From contig CABSMV010000001.1 of NCBI GenBank assembly GCA_902478935.1, forward strand, positions 1 through 43,107: a DNA stretch of 43,107 bases, read 5' to 3'. This document shows positions 7,928 to 19,641 of this stretch, one piece after another. The stretch is from an uncultured Collinsella sp. (lineage in GTDB: Bacteria; Actinomycetota; Coriobacteriia; Coriobacteriales; Coriobacteriaceae). Positions within the stretch are counted from its first letter, which is position 1, and every line of letters begins with the position of its first letter. The translations under genes and the position numbers were made by a program. The notes beneath the pieces were generated by a model that did no database searches, had not been told where the DNA came from, and saw only the letters and a list, made by a program, of their open reading frames with translations.

Positions 7928-10154
7928 ACTCGCTTGGGGCAACGTCCGCCGCGCCGGCCGCGACTACCTCGTCTACCTTTTGACGCTCACCCTGGGCGTC
8001 ACGGTCTTCTATGCCTTTAACACCATCTCGATGCAGGTCGACATCGCCGGCATCGATGAAAAGGGCTTAGCGCAGGTAATGGGCAGCATGCTCGGCGACC
8101 TGACGTACTTTTTGGCCGGTGTCATGGCCTTTTTGATGGTGTATGCCAATAACTTCATCATGAAACGCCGCAAGAAGGAGTTTGGCCTGTACCAGGTGCT
8201 CGGCATGGGGCGCGGGCGCGTCGCCACGATCATGGCGCTCGAGACGGTGATTGTCTCGGTCGGCGCCTTTGTCGCCGGCATTGTGCTGGGTGTGGGACTC
8301 TCCCAGCTCATGACGTTCTTTACGGCCTCGCTCTTTAAGACACAGATCGCCAATTTCCACTTCTTTTTCTCGGTGCATGCGTTCAATCTGACCCTTGCCT
8401 GCATGCTCGTAATGTTTGTGCTCACGCTACTGCTGAACCTTCGCGCCGTGCGTCGTACCAAACTCATCGAGCTTATGGGTGCCGAGCGTCGCAGCGAGAG
8501 CATCAAGACGCGCAACCCCTGGATCGCGATTGCCATCTTTGCCGTGGGCGTGGTGCTTGTGGGCGTGGCCTATTACCGTCTGCTACGTGATGGGTTCCCG
8601 CTAACCGCGACGGACAGCAAGCTGCAAGAGGCCATGAACCAGTTTGGTATTACGACCGCTATGGTTACCGTGGGCACCTTTGCCCTGTTCTGGGGACTCT
8701 CGGGCATGCTTATCAAGCTGCTGCAGAGCCTGCGCAGCGTGTATTGGCGCGGCCTCAATATGTTTACCGTGCGCCAGCTTGCGGCCAAGGTCAACACGGT
8801 GTGCTTTTCGATGGGCGTCATCGCGATGCTCCTGTTTTTGGCCATCACCTTGGTGACGTGCGGTATGTCGATTGCCAACGTGATGAACGAAAACCTGGAG
8901 CGCTATAACCCTGTTGACGTGTCTCAGACGTATGTCTATTACACGCCCGATACGCTCGACTACTACAAAAAGTATGTCAATCCGTCTGAGGCTGATCGCA
9001 TGGCGCTGGCCGATAGTACGGTCGATTTGTACTCCGCATGGCACGGCGATCGTGTCGACCCCGATAACGTTGCAGACGGTATTAAAGGCAAGTCGGCGGA
9101 CAACAACGACGAGACCGGCAAGAAGGTCAATATCGCCGATGTTGCCGGTGAGCATGTGCAGATCGATTCGTATCTGAGTTACCCGCTTGGCGGCTCGGAT
9201 CCTTCGGTGACCCCAAGTGAGATGTGCAAGACCATGGGCGAAAAGCTTCCCAAGGCGTTCGGGGGTAGCAATGCCGACATGACAGGCCTGTCTGTGACGC
9301 CGGCAAGTCAGTACAACAAACTGCGCCAGATGATGGGCAAGGAGCCGGTGCACATCGGTCACGACCAGTATCTGCTCACGTGTGATATGGGCGGCGAGCT
9401 GGTCGACCTGTACACCAAGTATATGGCTGGCGGCCATACCCTTACCTTGGGCGGGCATACGCTCAAGCCCGCAACCGATAAGTCGGACGAAGATACGGCG
9501 GCCATCGCCAACTCGGCGATGGGCAGTAATGGGGGTACCGTCGTCGTTGCCGACGAGCTGTTGTCCCAACTTAATCTGCAGCCGTATTCCAGTAGTCTGC
9601 TCGTTAACTACAAACAGGGGATGGATACGACCGAGGCAGACGAGAGCATTAAATACACTGTGCTCGACAATCTGCTCGTTGACGGCAAGGAGCCGGGGTC
9701 GTGGGGAACCTTCATCACACGCTCCGAGATGTACGCGCAAGCAGCGCAAATGAACGGTCTTATTAGCTACCTAGCCATCTACATCGGCTTTGTATTGGTC
9801 GTTGCATGCGCGGCGATTCTGTCGATCCAGCAACTCTCCAACGTGGCCGACGGCAGCCGCAGCTATCGTGTGCTGGCACAGATCGGCTGTGAGGACCGCC
9901 AGATTCGTCATTCGGTGATGGCGCAGCAAGCGGTATTCTTCCTGTTCCCGCTGGCAGTGGGCCTGGCGCACTCCTTTGTGGCACTTAAGGTGATCATCGA
10001 GCTGGTGAGCATTTTCGGAAATATGAGCATCGGCGGCACCGTGAGCCTCACCTGTGCAATCTTCCTGGCAGCATACGGTGGCTACTTCCTGGTGACCTAC
10101 CTCATGAGCACCGGCATGGTACAAGCCGCCATCGCCACCCGCTACAGCGAGTAA
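7917..10154 (+). CDS. BceB-like / FtsX-family ABC permease with a large extracellular domain
   Basis: KRRKKEFGLYQVLGM FtsX motif, about 10 TM segments and a large loop; ATG overlaps the ATPase stop region. Confidence 0.9.
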   Translation: MLCKLAWGNVRRAGRDYLVYLLTLTLGVTVFYAFNTISMQVDIAGIDEKGLAQVMGSMLGDLTYFLAGVMAFLMVYANNFIMKRRKKEFGLYQVLGMGRGRVATIMALETVIVSVGAFVAGIVLGVGLSQLMTFFTASLFKTQIANFHFFFSVHAFNLTLACMLVMFVLTLLLNLRAVRRTKLIELMGAERRSESIKTRNPWIAIAIFAVGVVLVGVAYYRLLRDGFPLTATDSKLQEAMNQFGITTAMVTVGTFALFWGLSGMLIKLLQSLRSVYWRGLNMFTVRQLAAKVNTVCFSMGVIAMLLFLAITLVTCGMSIANVMNENLERYNPVDVSQTYVYYTPDTLDYYKKYVNPSEADRMALADSTVDLYSAWHGDRVDPDNVADGIKGKSADNNDETGKKVNIADVAGEHVQIDSYLSYPLGGSDPSVTPSEMCKTMGEKLPKAFGGSNADMTGLSVTPASQYNKLRQMMGKEPVHIGHDQYLLTCDMGGELVDLYTKYMAGGHTLTLGGHTLKPATDKSDEDTAAIANSAMGSNGGTVVVADELLSQLNLQPYSSSLLVNYKQGMDTTEADESIKYTVLDNLLVDGKEPGSWGTFITRSEMYAQAAQMNGLISYLAIYIGFVLVVACAAILSIQQLSNVADGSRSYRVLAQIGCEDRQIRHSVMAQQAVFFLFPLAVGLAHSFVALKVIIELVSIFGNMSIGGTVSLTCAIFLAAYGGYFLVTYLMSTGMVQAAIATRYSE

Positions 10155-10191
10155 CAAGCGGGCAAAATCGTCGCAAAATCAGAGGCGTATG

Positions 10192-10232
10192 ACCGCCGCG
10201 AAGGGACCAGGGGCCCTTTCGCGGCGGTTTTT
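10192..10232 (+). terminator. Rho-independent terminator of the ABC operon
   Basis: ACCGCCGCGAAGGG...CCTTTCGCGGCGGT followed by a T-tract. Confidence 0.7.
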
Positions 10233-10255
10233 GCCAATCTGGTGCGTCTCAGATA

Positions 10256-10376
10256 CAAGTGAGTAGACTTTTTTGAACCTGCCGAGCACATCGCGACAAA
10301 TGCTCAATAAAACCGCAGGTCAGAGCTATGTCGTTTTGGGGCGTGCTCGGCCTTCTGCAAAAAGCCTACTCACTTG
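10256..10376. repeat. Imperfect long inverted repeat with central AATAAAACCGCAGGT core
   Basis: CAAGTGAGTAG/CTACTCACTTG and GCCGAGCAC/GTGCTCGGC arm pairs. Confidence 0.7.
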
Positions 10377-10444
10377 GTTTTTCTGCTAGAAGACCGCCAC
10401 GAGGGAAGGCAACTCCCTTACGGCGGTTTGGACGTTTGCCCAGA

Positions 10445-10527
10445 TAGTCGTTGGGGACGTTCTTAAACGACTAGTCAAACAAGAACGTCCCCAACGACTA
10501 GTCATTTAAGAACGTCCCCAATGACTA
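10445..10527. repeat. Three tandem 29-bp REP-like hairpin units
   Basis: TAGTCGTT-GGGGACGTTCTTA-AACGACTA followed by two inverted copies; 27-bp period, units share a TA. Confidence 0.85.
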
Positions 10528-10627
10528 CAAGGAGCGTCCCTAGCTGCCGCATCCGGAGTAAGACAACGCCGCAGGTAGAGGACGGACAGCGAGCGGGTCG
10601 CATTTGAGACAAGGTGACGTGAAACGA

Positions 10628-10656
10628 AAGGGCGCTGACCTTCTGGTCGCGCCCTT
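10628..10656 (-). terminator. Probable terminator of the DAHP synthase gene
   Basis: AAGGGCGC-TGACC-TTCT-GGTC-GCGCCCTT hairpin with a T-rich tail on the minus strand. Confidence 0.5.
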
Positions 10657-10732
10657 GAAGTTGAACGTCAGATTGTCCAAATGCGGCCCGCGCAGCGTCG
10701 AGCCGTTACGGCGTTTGGTAAAACGCCGTAAC

Positions 10733-11764
10733 CTACACCCGCCCCGCGATCTCGTGGATGAGGTAGTCGGTCTTTTCCCAGCCCAGGCACGGGTCGGTGA
10801 TGGACTTGCCAAAGACGCCGCCGTCGACCGGCTGGTTGCCGTCTTCCAAGTAGGACTCGATCATAAAGCCCTTGACCAGCTTGGAGATTGACTTGTTGCG
10901 GCGGCAGCTGTCGAGCACCTCCTTGCAAATGCGATACTGCTCAAGCGGGCGCTTACCCGAGTTGTCGTGGTTGCAGTCGATGACCGCTGCCGGATTGGCA
11001 TAGCCGGCGTGCTCGGTGTAGCGTTCGGCCAGGCGCTCCAGGTGCTCGTAGTGGTAGTTGGGGTAGGTGCGACCGTCGAGACCGATGTAGCCACGCATAA
11101 CGGCGTGCGCGAGCGGATTGCCGTCGCACTCGACCTCCCAGTTGCGGAAGATGAAGCTCTGGTGCGCCTGCGCGGCGTAAATGGAGTTGAGCATAACGGT
11201 GGTGGAACCGGCAGTGGGATTCTTCATGCCGACGGGTACCGAAATGCCGCTCGACACCAGGCGATGCTCCTGGTTTTCGACCGAACGCGCACCCACGGCA
11301 ACATAGCTCAGCAGGTCAACGAGGTACTGGTAGTTGGACGGATAGAGCATCTCGTCGGCGGTGAAGAAGCCCGTTTCCTCAATAACGCGCAGGTGCATAT
11401 GGCGGATTGCCTTGACGCCCTCGAGCAGGTCGTCGGGAGCCTCGGGGTTGGGGTTGTGCAGAAGACCCTTGTAACCGGTGCCCTTGGTACGCGGCTTATT
11501 GGTGTAGACGCGCGGGATGATGATGAGCTTGTCCTTGACCTCCTCGGCGGTCTTGGCCAGTCGGTTCATGTACTCAAGCACCGAATCTTCGCGGTCGGCA
11601 GAGCACGGGCCGATGATGAGCACCTTGCGTGCGTCCTCACCGGTAAAGACTTTGGCGACCTCGGCGTCAAATGCCTGCTTTTTGGCGGTAAGCTCGGCAG
11701 AAAGCGGCATTTCCTCGCGGATCTCCATGGGGATCGGCAACTTGCGTTTGAATTCCATGGCCAT
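10733..11764 (-). CDS. 3-deoxy-7-phosphoheptulonate (DAHP) synthase, class I-alpha (AroF/G/H type)
   Basis: IIGPCSA, RVYTNKPRT..GYKGL, GARSVENQEHR, PVGMKN, IDCNHDNS, GFMIESYL and GKSITDPCLGW motifs. Confidence 0.95.
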   Translation of the reverse strand: MAMEFKRKLPIPMEIREEMPLSAELTAKKQAFDAEVAKVFTGEDARKVLIIGPCSADREDSVLEYMNRLAKTAEEVKDKLIIIPRVYTNKPRTKGTGYKGLLHNPNPEAPDDLLEGVKAIRHMHLRVIEETGFFTADEMLYPSNYQYLVDLLSYVAVGARSVENQEHRLVSSGISVPVGMKNPTAGSTTVMLNSIYAAQAHQSFIFRNWEVECDGNPLAHAVMRGYIGLDGRTYPNYHYEHLERLAERYTEHAGYANPAAVIDCNHDNSGKRPLEQYRICKEVLDSCRRNKSISKLVKGFMIESYLEDGNQPVDGGVFGKSITDPCLGWEKTDYLIHEIAGRV

Positions 11765-11865
11765 AGGGGCCTCCTCAATCTATAGAAAGAGCAATAAGCG
11801 TATTGTCGAGTGTTCGGCATTATCCGCTGTCGCACGCTAAAGTGCAAGCCCTTGTCACCCCGAAA

Positions 11866-11915
11866 CCTACCAAAAAGAGACAGGTTTATTTTGGCAGGTT
11901 TTATCTGGGTAAACG
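11866..11915 (+). repeat. 13-nt-loop hairpin repeat (47/50 identical to 41869-41918)
   Basis: CCTACCAAAA-AGAGACAGGTTTA-TTTTGGCAGG-TTTTATCTGGGTAAACG. Confidence 0.85.
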
Positions 11916-11982
11916 TTGGCGCTCACCAGGATGGGATGACGCCGTGAGGGACCCTAAGCCTGCCGCCGATTCCCCGGGGAGT

Positions 11983-12222
11983 ACCCAGTGGGCAAAAAAT
12001 GCCAAATATGAGTACTGTTGCCAACCTAGTAACATATCAGTCTAGCGAGATAATAGACAAAGTGATAAATATGTTCATTAACGTTAGCAGACAGAAGTCT
12101 GCTAACGGGCGTTTTGATTAATTCAAAGGCGTATAGAGGCCGCAAGGAGGTCGTTTGAGGCGGTTTTGGCTGTTACCAAAAAGGTAACAGTACTCATATT
12201 TGCCATTTTTTGCCCACAGGGT
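11983..12222. mobile_element. MITE-like element of about 240 bp with long terminal inverted repeats
   Basis: TGGGCAAAAAATGCCAAATATGAGTACTGTT (11989-12019) matches the reverse complement of 12186-12216 at 30/31; central perfect hairpin CGTTAGCAGAC-AGAA-GTCTGCTAACG; no credible ORF. Confidence 0.55.
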
Positions 12223-12270
12223 CTGGAAAGCGCCGTCAATGAGGTCTCAGGGAAGGCGTTTCGAGGGCTG

Positions 12271-12310
12271 CAAAACAAAAACGGGGACGCAGATTGCCTG
12301 CGTCCCCGTT
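12271..12310 (-). terminator. Rho-independent terminator of the marR-ABC operon
   Basis: AACGGGGACGCAG-ATTGC-CTGCGTCCCCGTT with a T-tract on the minus strand. Confidence 0.8.
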
Positions 12311-12341
12311 CTCGGGCGTTATTCGTTCACTGCGGCAGAAT

Positions 12342-14198
12342 TTACGCTGCCTCGTCGAACTGCGAATTGTACAGGTCGGCGTAGAAGCCGCCCTGGGCGA
12401 GCAGCTCGTCGTGCGTGCCCTTCTCGACGATGTCGCCGTCGCGGATTACCAAGATCACGTCGGCGTTGCGAATCGTGGACAGGCGGTGCGCGATGACAAA
12501 GCTGGTACGGCCTTGCATCAGCGCATCCATGGCGCGCTGAATGAGTTCCTCGGTACGGGTATCGACGTTGGAAGTCGCCTCGTCCAAAATCAGCGCCGGA
12601 CGGTCGGCCAAAATGGCACGGGCGATGGTCACGAGCTGGCGCTGGCCCTGCGACAGATTGGTGCCTTCCTCGTTGATCATAAAGTCGTAGCCGCCGGCGA
12701 GCGTATGGATAAAGTGATCGCAGCGTGCGGCGCGTGCGGCGGCTTCGACCTCGGCATCGCTTGCATCGGGGCGTCCGTAGCGGATGTTCTCGCGGATCGT
12801 GCCGTTAAACAGCCAGGTATCCTGCAGCACCATGGCAAACTCGCCGCGAAGTGCCGCGCGGTCCCAGTCGCGCACGTCGATGCCCTCGACGCGCAGCGAG
12901 CCGCCGTCCACATCGTAAAAGCGCTGCAGCAGCTTAATGAGCGTGGTCTTGCCAGCGCCGGTGGGACCGACGATGGCGATTGTCTGGCCGGGCTGCGCCT
13001 CGCAGCTAAAGTCGTGGATGATGGTCTTGTCGGGCGTATAGCCAAACTTGACATGGTCAAATTCCACGTGGCCGGGGCGCTTTTCGGGAATTTGCGCGTC
13101 GGCCTTCTGCTCCTCCTCGGGCGCGGCCAAAAACTCAAACACACGCTCGGTGGCAGCGGCCATCGACTGCATCGTGTTGCTCACGTTGCCCAGCTGCTGC
13201 ACCGGCTGCGTAAAGTTGCGCACGTACTGGATAAAGCTCTGGATGTCGCCGGGCGTGGCATTGCCGGTCAGCGCGAGCTGCGCGCCCACTACGACAACGC
13301 CCACGTAACCCATGTTGCCTACCAGGCTCATAAGCGGCATCATCAGGCCCGACAGGAACTGCGAGCGCCAGCCACTAATAAACAGGCGGTCGTTTTGACG
13401 GTCGAACTCCTCGATCGAGGCCTCGGCGCGGTCGAACACCTGAATAACGTTCTGGCCGGCAAAATCCTCCTCGATAATGCCGTTGACGGCGCCCAGAACC
13501 TGCTGCTGCTCGCGGAAGTACGGCTGCGAGAAGTGAATCATCACCATCAAGATAATCGCGGCGGCCGGCAGCGTGAGCACGGTGACGCCGGTGAGCGGCA
13601 GGCTGATCGAAAGCATCATGACGAGCACGCCGATAATCTGCGTGACGGACGTAATAAGCTGCGTTACGCTCTGGTTGAGCGACTGGCCCAGCGTATCGAC
13701 GTCGTTGGTGATGCGGCTGAGCACATCGCCCTTGCTGTGACCGTTGAAGTAGCTCATCGGCACGACGGCGATCTTGGCGGCGATCTCCTTGCGCATGCGG
13801 TAGCAGATCTTTTGCGTGACACCGGTCATGAGCCAGCCCTGGATCAGGCTGCAGGCAGAGCTCGCCAGATACAGGCAGAGCAAAAAGCCGAGCGTCTTGG
13901 CGATCCAGTTAAAGTCGACATCGCCGGTGCCGTTGACCTTGGCAACCAGGCCCTCGAACAGTTTGGTGGTGACCTGGCCGAGCACCTTAGGTCCCACAAT
14001 ATTGAAGATGACCGAGCACACGGCAAAGGCGACGGCGGCAAACACGGCAATCTTGTGCTGGCCGATATAGCCGAGCAGCTGCCTCATGGTGCCCTTAAAG
14101 TCCTTGGCCTTTTCGCCACGGCGCATGCCACCCATGCGGCCCATGGGTCCACGCTGACGGGTGGGCTTGGGAATTTGAGTCTTGGTCTCGTCTGCCAT
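12342..14198 (-). CDS. Heterodimeric ABC exporter subunit (TMD+NBD, canonical Walker B)
   Basis: GPTGAGKTT, LSQGQRQL, LILDEATS and IAHRLST motifs; 6-TM domain. Confidence 0.95.
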   Translation of the reverse strand: MADETKTQIPKPTRQRGPMGRMGGMRRGEKAKDFKGTMRQLLGYIGQHKIAVFAAVAFAVCSVIFNIVGPKVLGQVTTKLFEGLVAKVNGTGDVDFNWIAKTLGFLLCLYLASSACSLIQGWLMTGVTQKICYRMRKEIAAKIAVVPMSYFNGHSKGDVLSRITNDVDTLGQSLNQSVTQLITSVTQIIGVLVMMLSISLPLTGVTVLTLPAAAIILMVMIHFSQPYFREQQQVLGAVNGIIEEDFAGQNVIQVFDRAEASIEEFDRQNDRLFISGWRSQFLSGLMMPLMSLVGNMGYVGVVVVGAQLALTGNATPGDIQSFIQYVRNFTQPVQQLGNVSNTMQSMAAATERVFEFLAAPEEEQKADAQIPEKRPGHVEFDHVKFGYTPDKTIIHDFSCEAQPGQTIAIVGPTGAGKTTLIKLLQRFYDVDGGSLRVEGIDVRDWDRAALRGEFAMVLQDTWLFNGTIRENIRYGRPDASDAEVEAAARAARCDHFIHTLAGGYDFMINEEGTNLSQGQRQLVTIARAILADRPALILDEATSNVDTRTEELIQRAMDALMQGRTSFVIAHRLSTIRNADVILVIRDGDIVEKGTHDELLAQGGFYADLYNSQFDEAA

Positions 14199-16567
14199 TA
14201 GCGCTCGCCTCCTTCCATAACGGCTGCAATTTCTTCTTGGGTAAGCCCCAGCTCCTCGGCGGAAAGCTGCGACTGTGCGATCTCCAGGTACGCCGGGCAG
14301 CTGCGCAGCAGCTCCTCGTGCGTGCCGGTGCCCACTACGTGGCCGTCGTCGAGCACGATGATCTGGTCGGCGTGCATGATGGTCGCGATGCGCTGGGCCA
14401 CGACCACGAGCGCGGCGTCGGTAACGTTTTTAGCCAGCTCTTCACGCAGACGCGCGTCGGTCTTGTAGTCGAGGGCGCTAAACGAGTCATCGAAAACTAC
14501 GACCTCGGGCTTCTTGGCCAGGGCGCGGGCGATGGCCAGACGCTGGCGCTGGCCGCCCGAAACATTGGAGCCGCCCTGGCTGATGGGGGAGTCGTAGCCG
14601 CCCTCGCGTTCGGCGATAAAGTCCTTGGCCTGGGCGATGCGCGCGGCCTGGTGCATATCATCATCGCTTACCATGTCGCCGGCAAACTTGAGGTTGCTCT
14701 CGACGGTGCCCGAGAACAGGCGACCCTGCTGCGGGATATAACCAATACGGCGGCGTAGCTCGGAAAGGGTCATGTCACGCACGTCGATGCCGTCGAGCGA
14801 AATGCTGCCGCCTGTGACGTCGTACAGGCGCGGAATCAGCTGCACGAGCGTGGACTTGCCCGAGCCCGTGGAGCCAATGATGCCGAGCATCTGACCGGCA
14901 TGCGTGGTGAAGTTCACGCCGCTGATGACATCGGCGCGGGCATCGGGATACTGGAAGCTCACGTCGCGGAAGGTGAGCTCACCGCGTGACGCGCTGGTCG
15001 CGGGCAGTTTGGGCGAGGAGGGGTCGTTGATGCTCGTGGGGCAGGTGATGACCTCTTCCACGCGCTCGGCTGCGACCTCGGCGCGGGGCAGGATGACCGA
15101 AACCATGGTGAGGATCATAAACGCCATGACGATCTGCATGGTGTAGGAGATAAACGCCATCATGTTGCCGACCTGCATCACGCCGTCGGACACGCCCTGC
15201 GCGCCAAACCAGACGATAAGCACGGTGATGCAATTCATGACCAGCATCATGAGCGGCATCATAAAGCTCATGGCGCGGTTGGTGTAGAGCTGCGTGGTCA
15301 TCAGGTCGAGCGAAGCCTTGTCAAAACGCTCGAGCTCATGCTCCTCGCGGTTGAACGAGCGGATAGGCATAAGGCCGTCGAGCAGCTCGCGGGCGGTAAG
15401 GTTCACGCGGTCCACAAAGCTCTGCATCTTTTTGAATTTGGGCATAGTGAGGCCCATAAGCACGCCGACGACGGCCGAGACCGCGATGATGGCCACGGCG
15501 ATGGTCCACTCCAGGCCGGTGTGGTTGGCCAGGACGCGCATGACGGCGACGATGCCCATGACGGGCGCCATCAGACACATGCGGATAAACAGGGTTGCGG
15601 CCATCTGAATCTGCTGAATGTCGTTGGTGCAGCGGGTGATGAGCGAGGCCTGGCTAAACTTGCCCACCTCGGCCGGCGAGAAGTGCATAACCTTGTTGAA
15701 GGTCTCGCGGCGCAGGTCGCGTGCGATGGAGCAGGCGGTGCGCGAAGCCACGGCACCGGTCAGGATGGTGGCGACCAGCGACACCAGACACAGACCAAAC
15801 ATCGTGGTCGCCATGCGGCCCAGGTAGGCGTTCTGCACGTCGGCGGGGTCGATGCCCTGCGCCTTGTACTCGTCCTGTACATAGCTCACGGCGCGCTGGG
15901 TGACGATGGAGCCCGACATGGAGCCCATTTTGTCCGCCATTTGGTTGGCGCCCTCGACGAGCTTGCTTTGGTCTACCAGACCGCCCTTGACACCTAGGCG
16001 CAGACTCTTCATGGTGATCTTGCCGCCGTCGGCGTCGATCTGCTTTTGCATGCTCTGCGCGGCTGCGGCCTTCTGCTGCATCTCGGCGAGCTGCTCGGGC
16101 GTCATGGCAGCCATCTGCTCGGGGGTGGGCATGGCCTGGGCAGCGCCGCCATCGCTTGCCTCGGTGGACGTGCCGGTCATGTCGCCCATGGAGTCGGCGT
16201 CGATGCCTTGGTTGAGCGAAAGGACGACGGTCTCGGGCAGGCTCATAATGTCGGCGAGCTTGCTGCCATCGGCACGCTCTTCCTCGGTGCCCTTGTACGT
16301 TCGAATGCCGTTTTTGTCAGCCTTGCTAAACACGGCCTCCACAGCCTTGGCGTCCTTGGCGCTCATGAAGAGTTCGAGGTCGTCGAGCGATTCGGCGCGA
16401 ATGGTGTCGGGCACGGGCGAGGCGATGCCGCCTTGCTGCACGCCCACGTCGACGATGTCGCTCATATAGGTAGGCAGCGCCAGATCGGCGTTGCAGCTGA
16501 TTACGATAAGTACGATAGCTGTGAACAGTGCCAGGACGTGCTTTTTAAAGAGCTTGAGAATCCTCAC
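14198..16567 (-). CDS. Heterodimeric ABC exporter subunit (degenerate site) with a large extracytoplasmic insertion
   Basis: GSTGSGKST, VSGGQRQRL, VVFDDSFS (Asp for catalytic Glu) and VAQR (Gln for His switch); TM287-like pattern. Confidence 0.93.
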   Translation of the reverse strand: MRILKLFKKHVLALFTAIVLIVISCNADLALPTYMSDIVDVGVQQGGIASPVPDTIRAESLDDLELFMSAKDAKAVEAVFSKADKNGIRTYKGTEEERADGSKLADIMSLPETVVLSLNQGIDADSMGDMTGTSTEASDGGAAQAMPTPEQMAAMTPEQLAEMQQKAAAAQSMQKQIDADGGKITMKSLRLGVKGGLVDQSKLVEGANQMADKMGSMSGSIVTQRAVSYVQDEYKAQGIDPADVQNAYLGRMATTMFGLCLVSLVATILTGAVASRTACSIARDLRRETFNKVMHFSPAEVGKFSQASLITRCTNDIQQIQMAATLFIRMCLMAPVMGIVAVMRVLANHTGLEWTIAVAIIAVSAVVGVLMGLTMPKFKKMQSFVDRVNLTARELLDGLMPIRSFNREEHELERFDKASLDLMTTQLYTNRAMSFMMPLMMLVMNCITVLIVWFGAQGVSDGVMQVGNMMAFISYTMQIVMAFMILTMVSVILPRAEVAAERVEEVITCPTSINDPSSPKLPATSASRGELTFRDVSFQYPDARADVISGVNFTTHAGQMLGIIGSTGSGKSTLVQLIPRLYDVTGGSISLDGIDVRDMTLSELRRRIGYIPQQGRLFSGTVESNLKFAGDMVSDDDMHQAARIAQAKDFIAEREGGYDSPISQGGSNVSGGQRQRLAIARALAKKPEVVVFDDSFSALDYKTDARLREELAKNVTDAALVVVAQRIATIMHADQIIVLDDGHVVGTGTHEELLRSCPAYLEIAQSQLSAEELGLTQEEIAAVMEGGER

Positions 16568-17013
16568 TCGGCATCTCTCCTTTCTTGATTGCGGTCGATA
16601 ATTTCGTTGGCACGTCTTAGAAGGCGCACCATCTCTTGGGTATCTGTTTCGCCGAGCTGCTCGAGGAAGGCCGCGGTGCGCTCCTCGAATTCCCGTCGTT
16701 TGATTTCGAGATCCTGGAATCCCTTGTCGGTCACCGTGACGTGTACGCGACGACGGTCGGTCTTTGAGTGCTCGCGCTCGACCCAGCCCTTGGCTTCGAG
16801 AGCGCGTAGGATATTGGCGATGCGGGCGCTCGAGACCCAGGCGCGATCGGCGAGTTCGCTCGGCGTGAGCGAACCGCCAGCGAGCATGAGGGCGCGCATG
16901 ACGGCCATCTCGCCGCCGAGGGCTTTGTCCGCAAAGCGCGAAATGCGCTGATGCATGCTGCCGAACTCGGTAAGGAGCTGACGCCCAAGTTCACGGAAAT
17001 CGGTATCTTCCAC
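16564..17013 (-). CDS. MarR-family transcriptional regulator
   Basis: LTPSELA...LEAKGWVER..SKTDRR..V.VTDKG winged helix; overlaps the ABC start by 4 nt. Confidence 0.92.
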   Translation of the reverse strand: MEDTDFRELGRQLLTEFGSMHQRISRFADKALGGEMAVMRALMLAGGSLTPSELADRAWVSSARIANILRALEAKGWVEREHSKTDRRRVHVTVTDKGFQDLEIKRREFEERTAAFLEQLGETDTQEMVRLLRRANEIIDRNQERRDAE

Positions 17014-17563
17014 CGAAAACCCCTAACATTAGAAACTATTTTCGGTGAAAGATGATACCCCCGCACGCGCACCCTATACGGTAGATTTTGGGACATGCCT
17101 AGAAAACAACTTTTAGGCGACCTCCGTACACCGTCGGTATCAGCAAAGTTAGGGGTAGATCTCTGAGCACGTCCTAAAGCCCACTCAGAGGCACTTTACC
17201 CTGCTAAAGCTGGCATAACAGCTAGAGTGAACGTCGTACAAAGGCAAGGAAAAATACCAAACAAATCGGTGAACGGTAGTTGCTCGCGCTCGCATTTCCT
17301 GCGGATTTGTTAAAAACGCCCTAATGGTATAAAAAAAGAAACATATAACAGCCCTGATGAAGGGGGTGGCTATGTTATCCTTCTCAAACGGGTGAAATCT
17401 TGGGTTTTGGGTTGCAGTTCCAAGGTGGACAAACGTTTTTCCCTGTACCAACGTGTGGTGAAGAACGGAAGAAGCCGGTAGTGCAAGCCGATAATTCAAG
17501 AATTCAATAAGCAGCGGTGTGAGAGAGCGCCGCATTACACGTAACTAGGAGCGTGGTTACACA

Positions 17564-19615
<2,052 letters not shown>

Positions 19616-19616
19616 A

Positions 19617-19641
19617 TATTGTTAGTGCTATACTAACAATA
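19617..19641 (+). promoter_or_regulatory. Perfect palindrome containing an extended -10 element upstream of the glycyl-radical gene
   Basis: TATTGTTAGT-GCTAT-ACTAACAATA; TGCTATACT at 19626-19634. Confidence 0.5.

Noticed and set aside
10445..10527. Possible mini CRISPR array
   Set aside because: The units abut without spacers, change orientation, and there are no cas genes.
17136..17222. Degenerate inverted repeat (CTCTGAG/CTCAGAG core) between marR and pflB
   Set aside because: The pairing is too weak to call an element or operator with confidence.
17260..17563. ZTP (pfl) riboswitch or Rex box upstream of pflB
   Set aside because: The hallmark GACUGGCGGA / CGCCUGGG segments are not present, and only a lone TTGTTAA half-site is seen.
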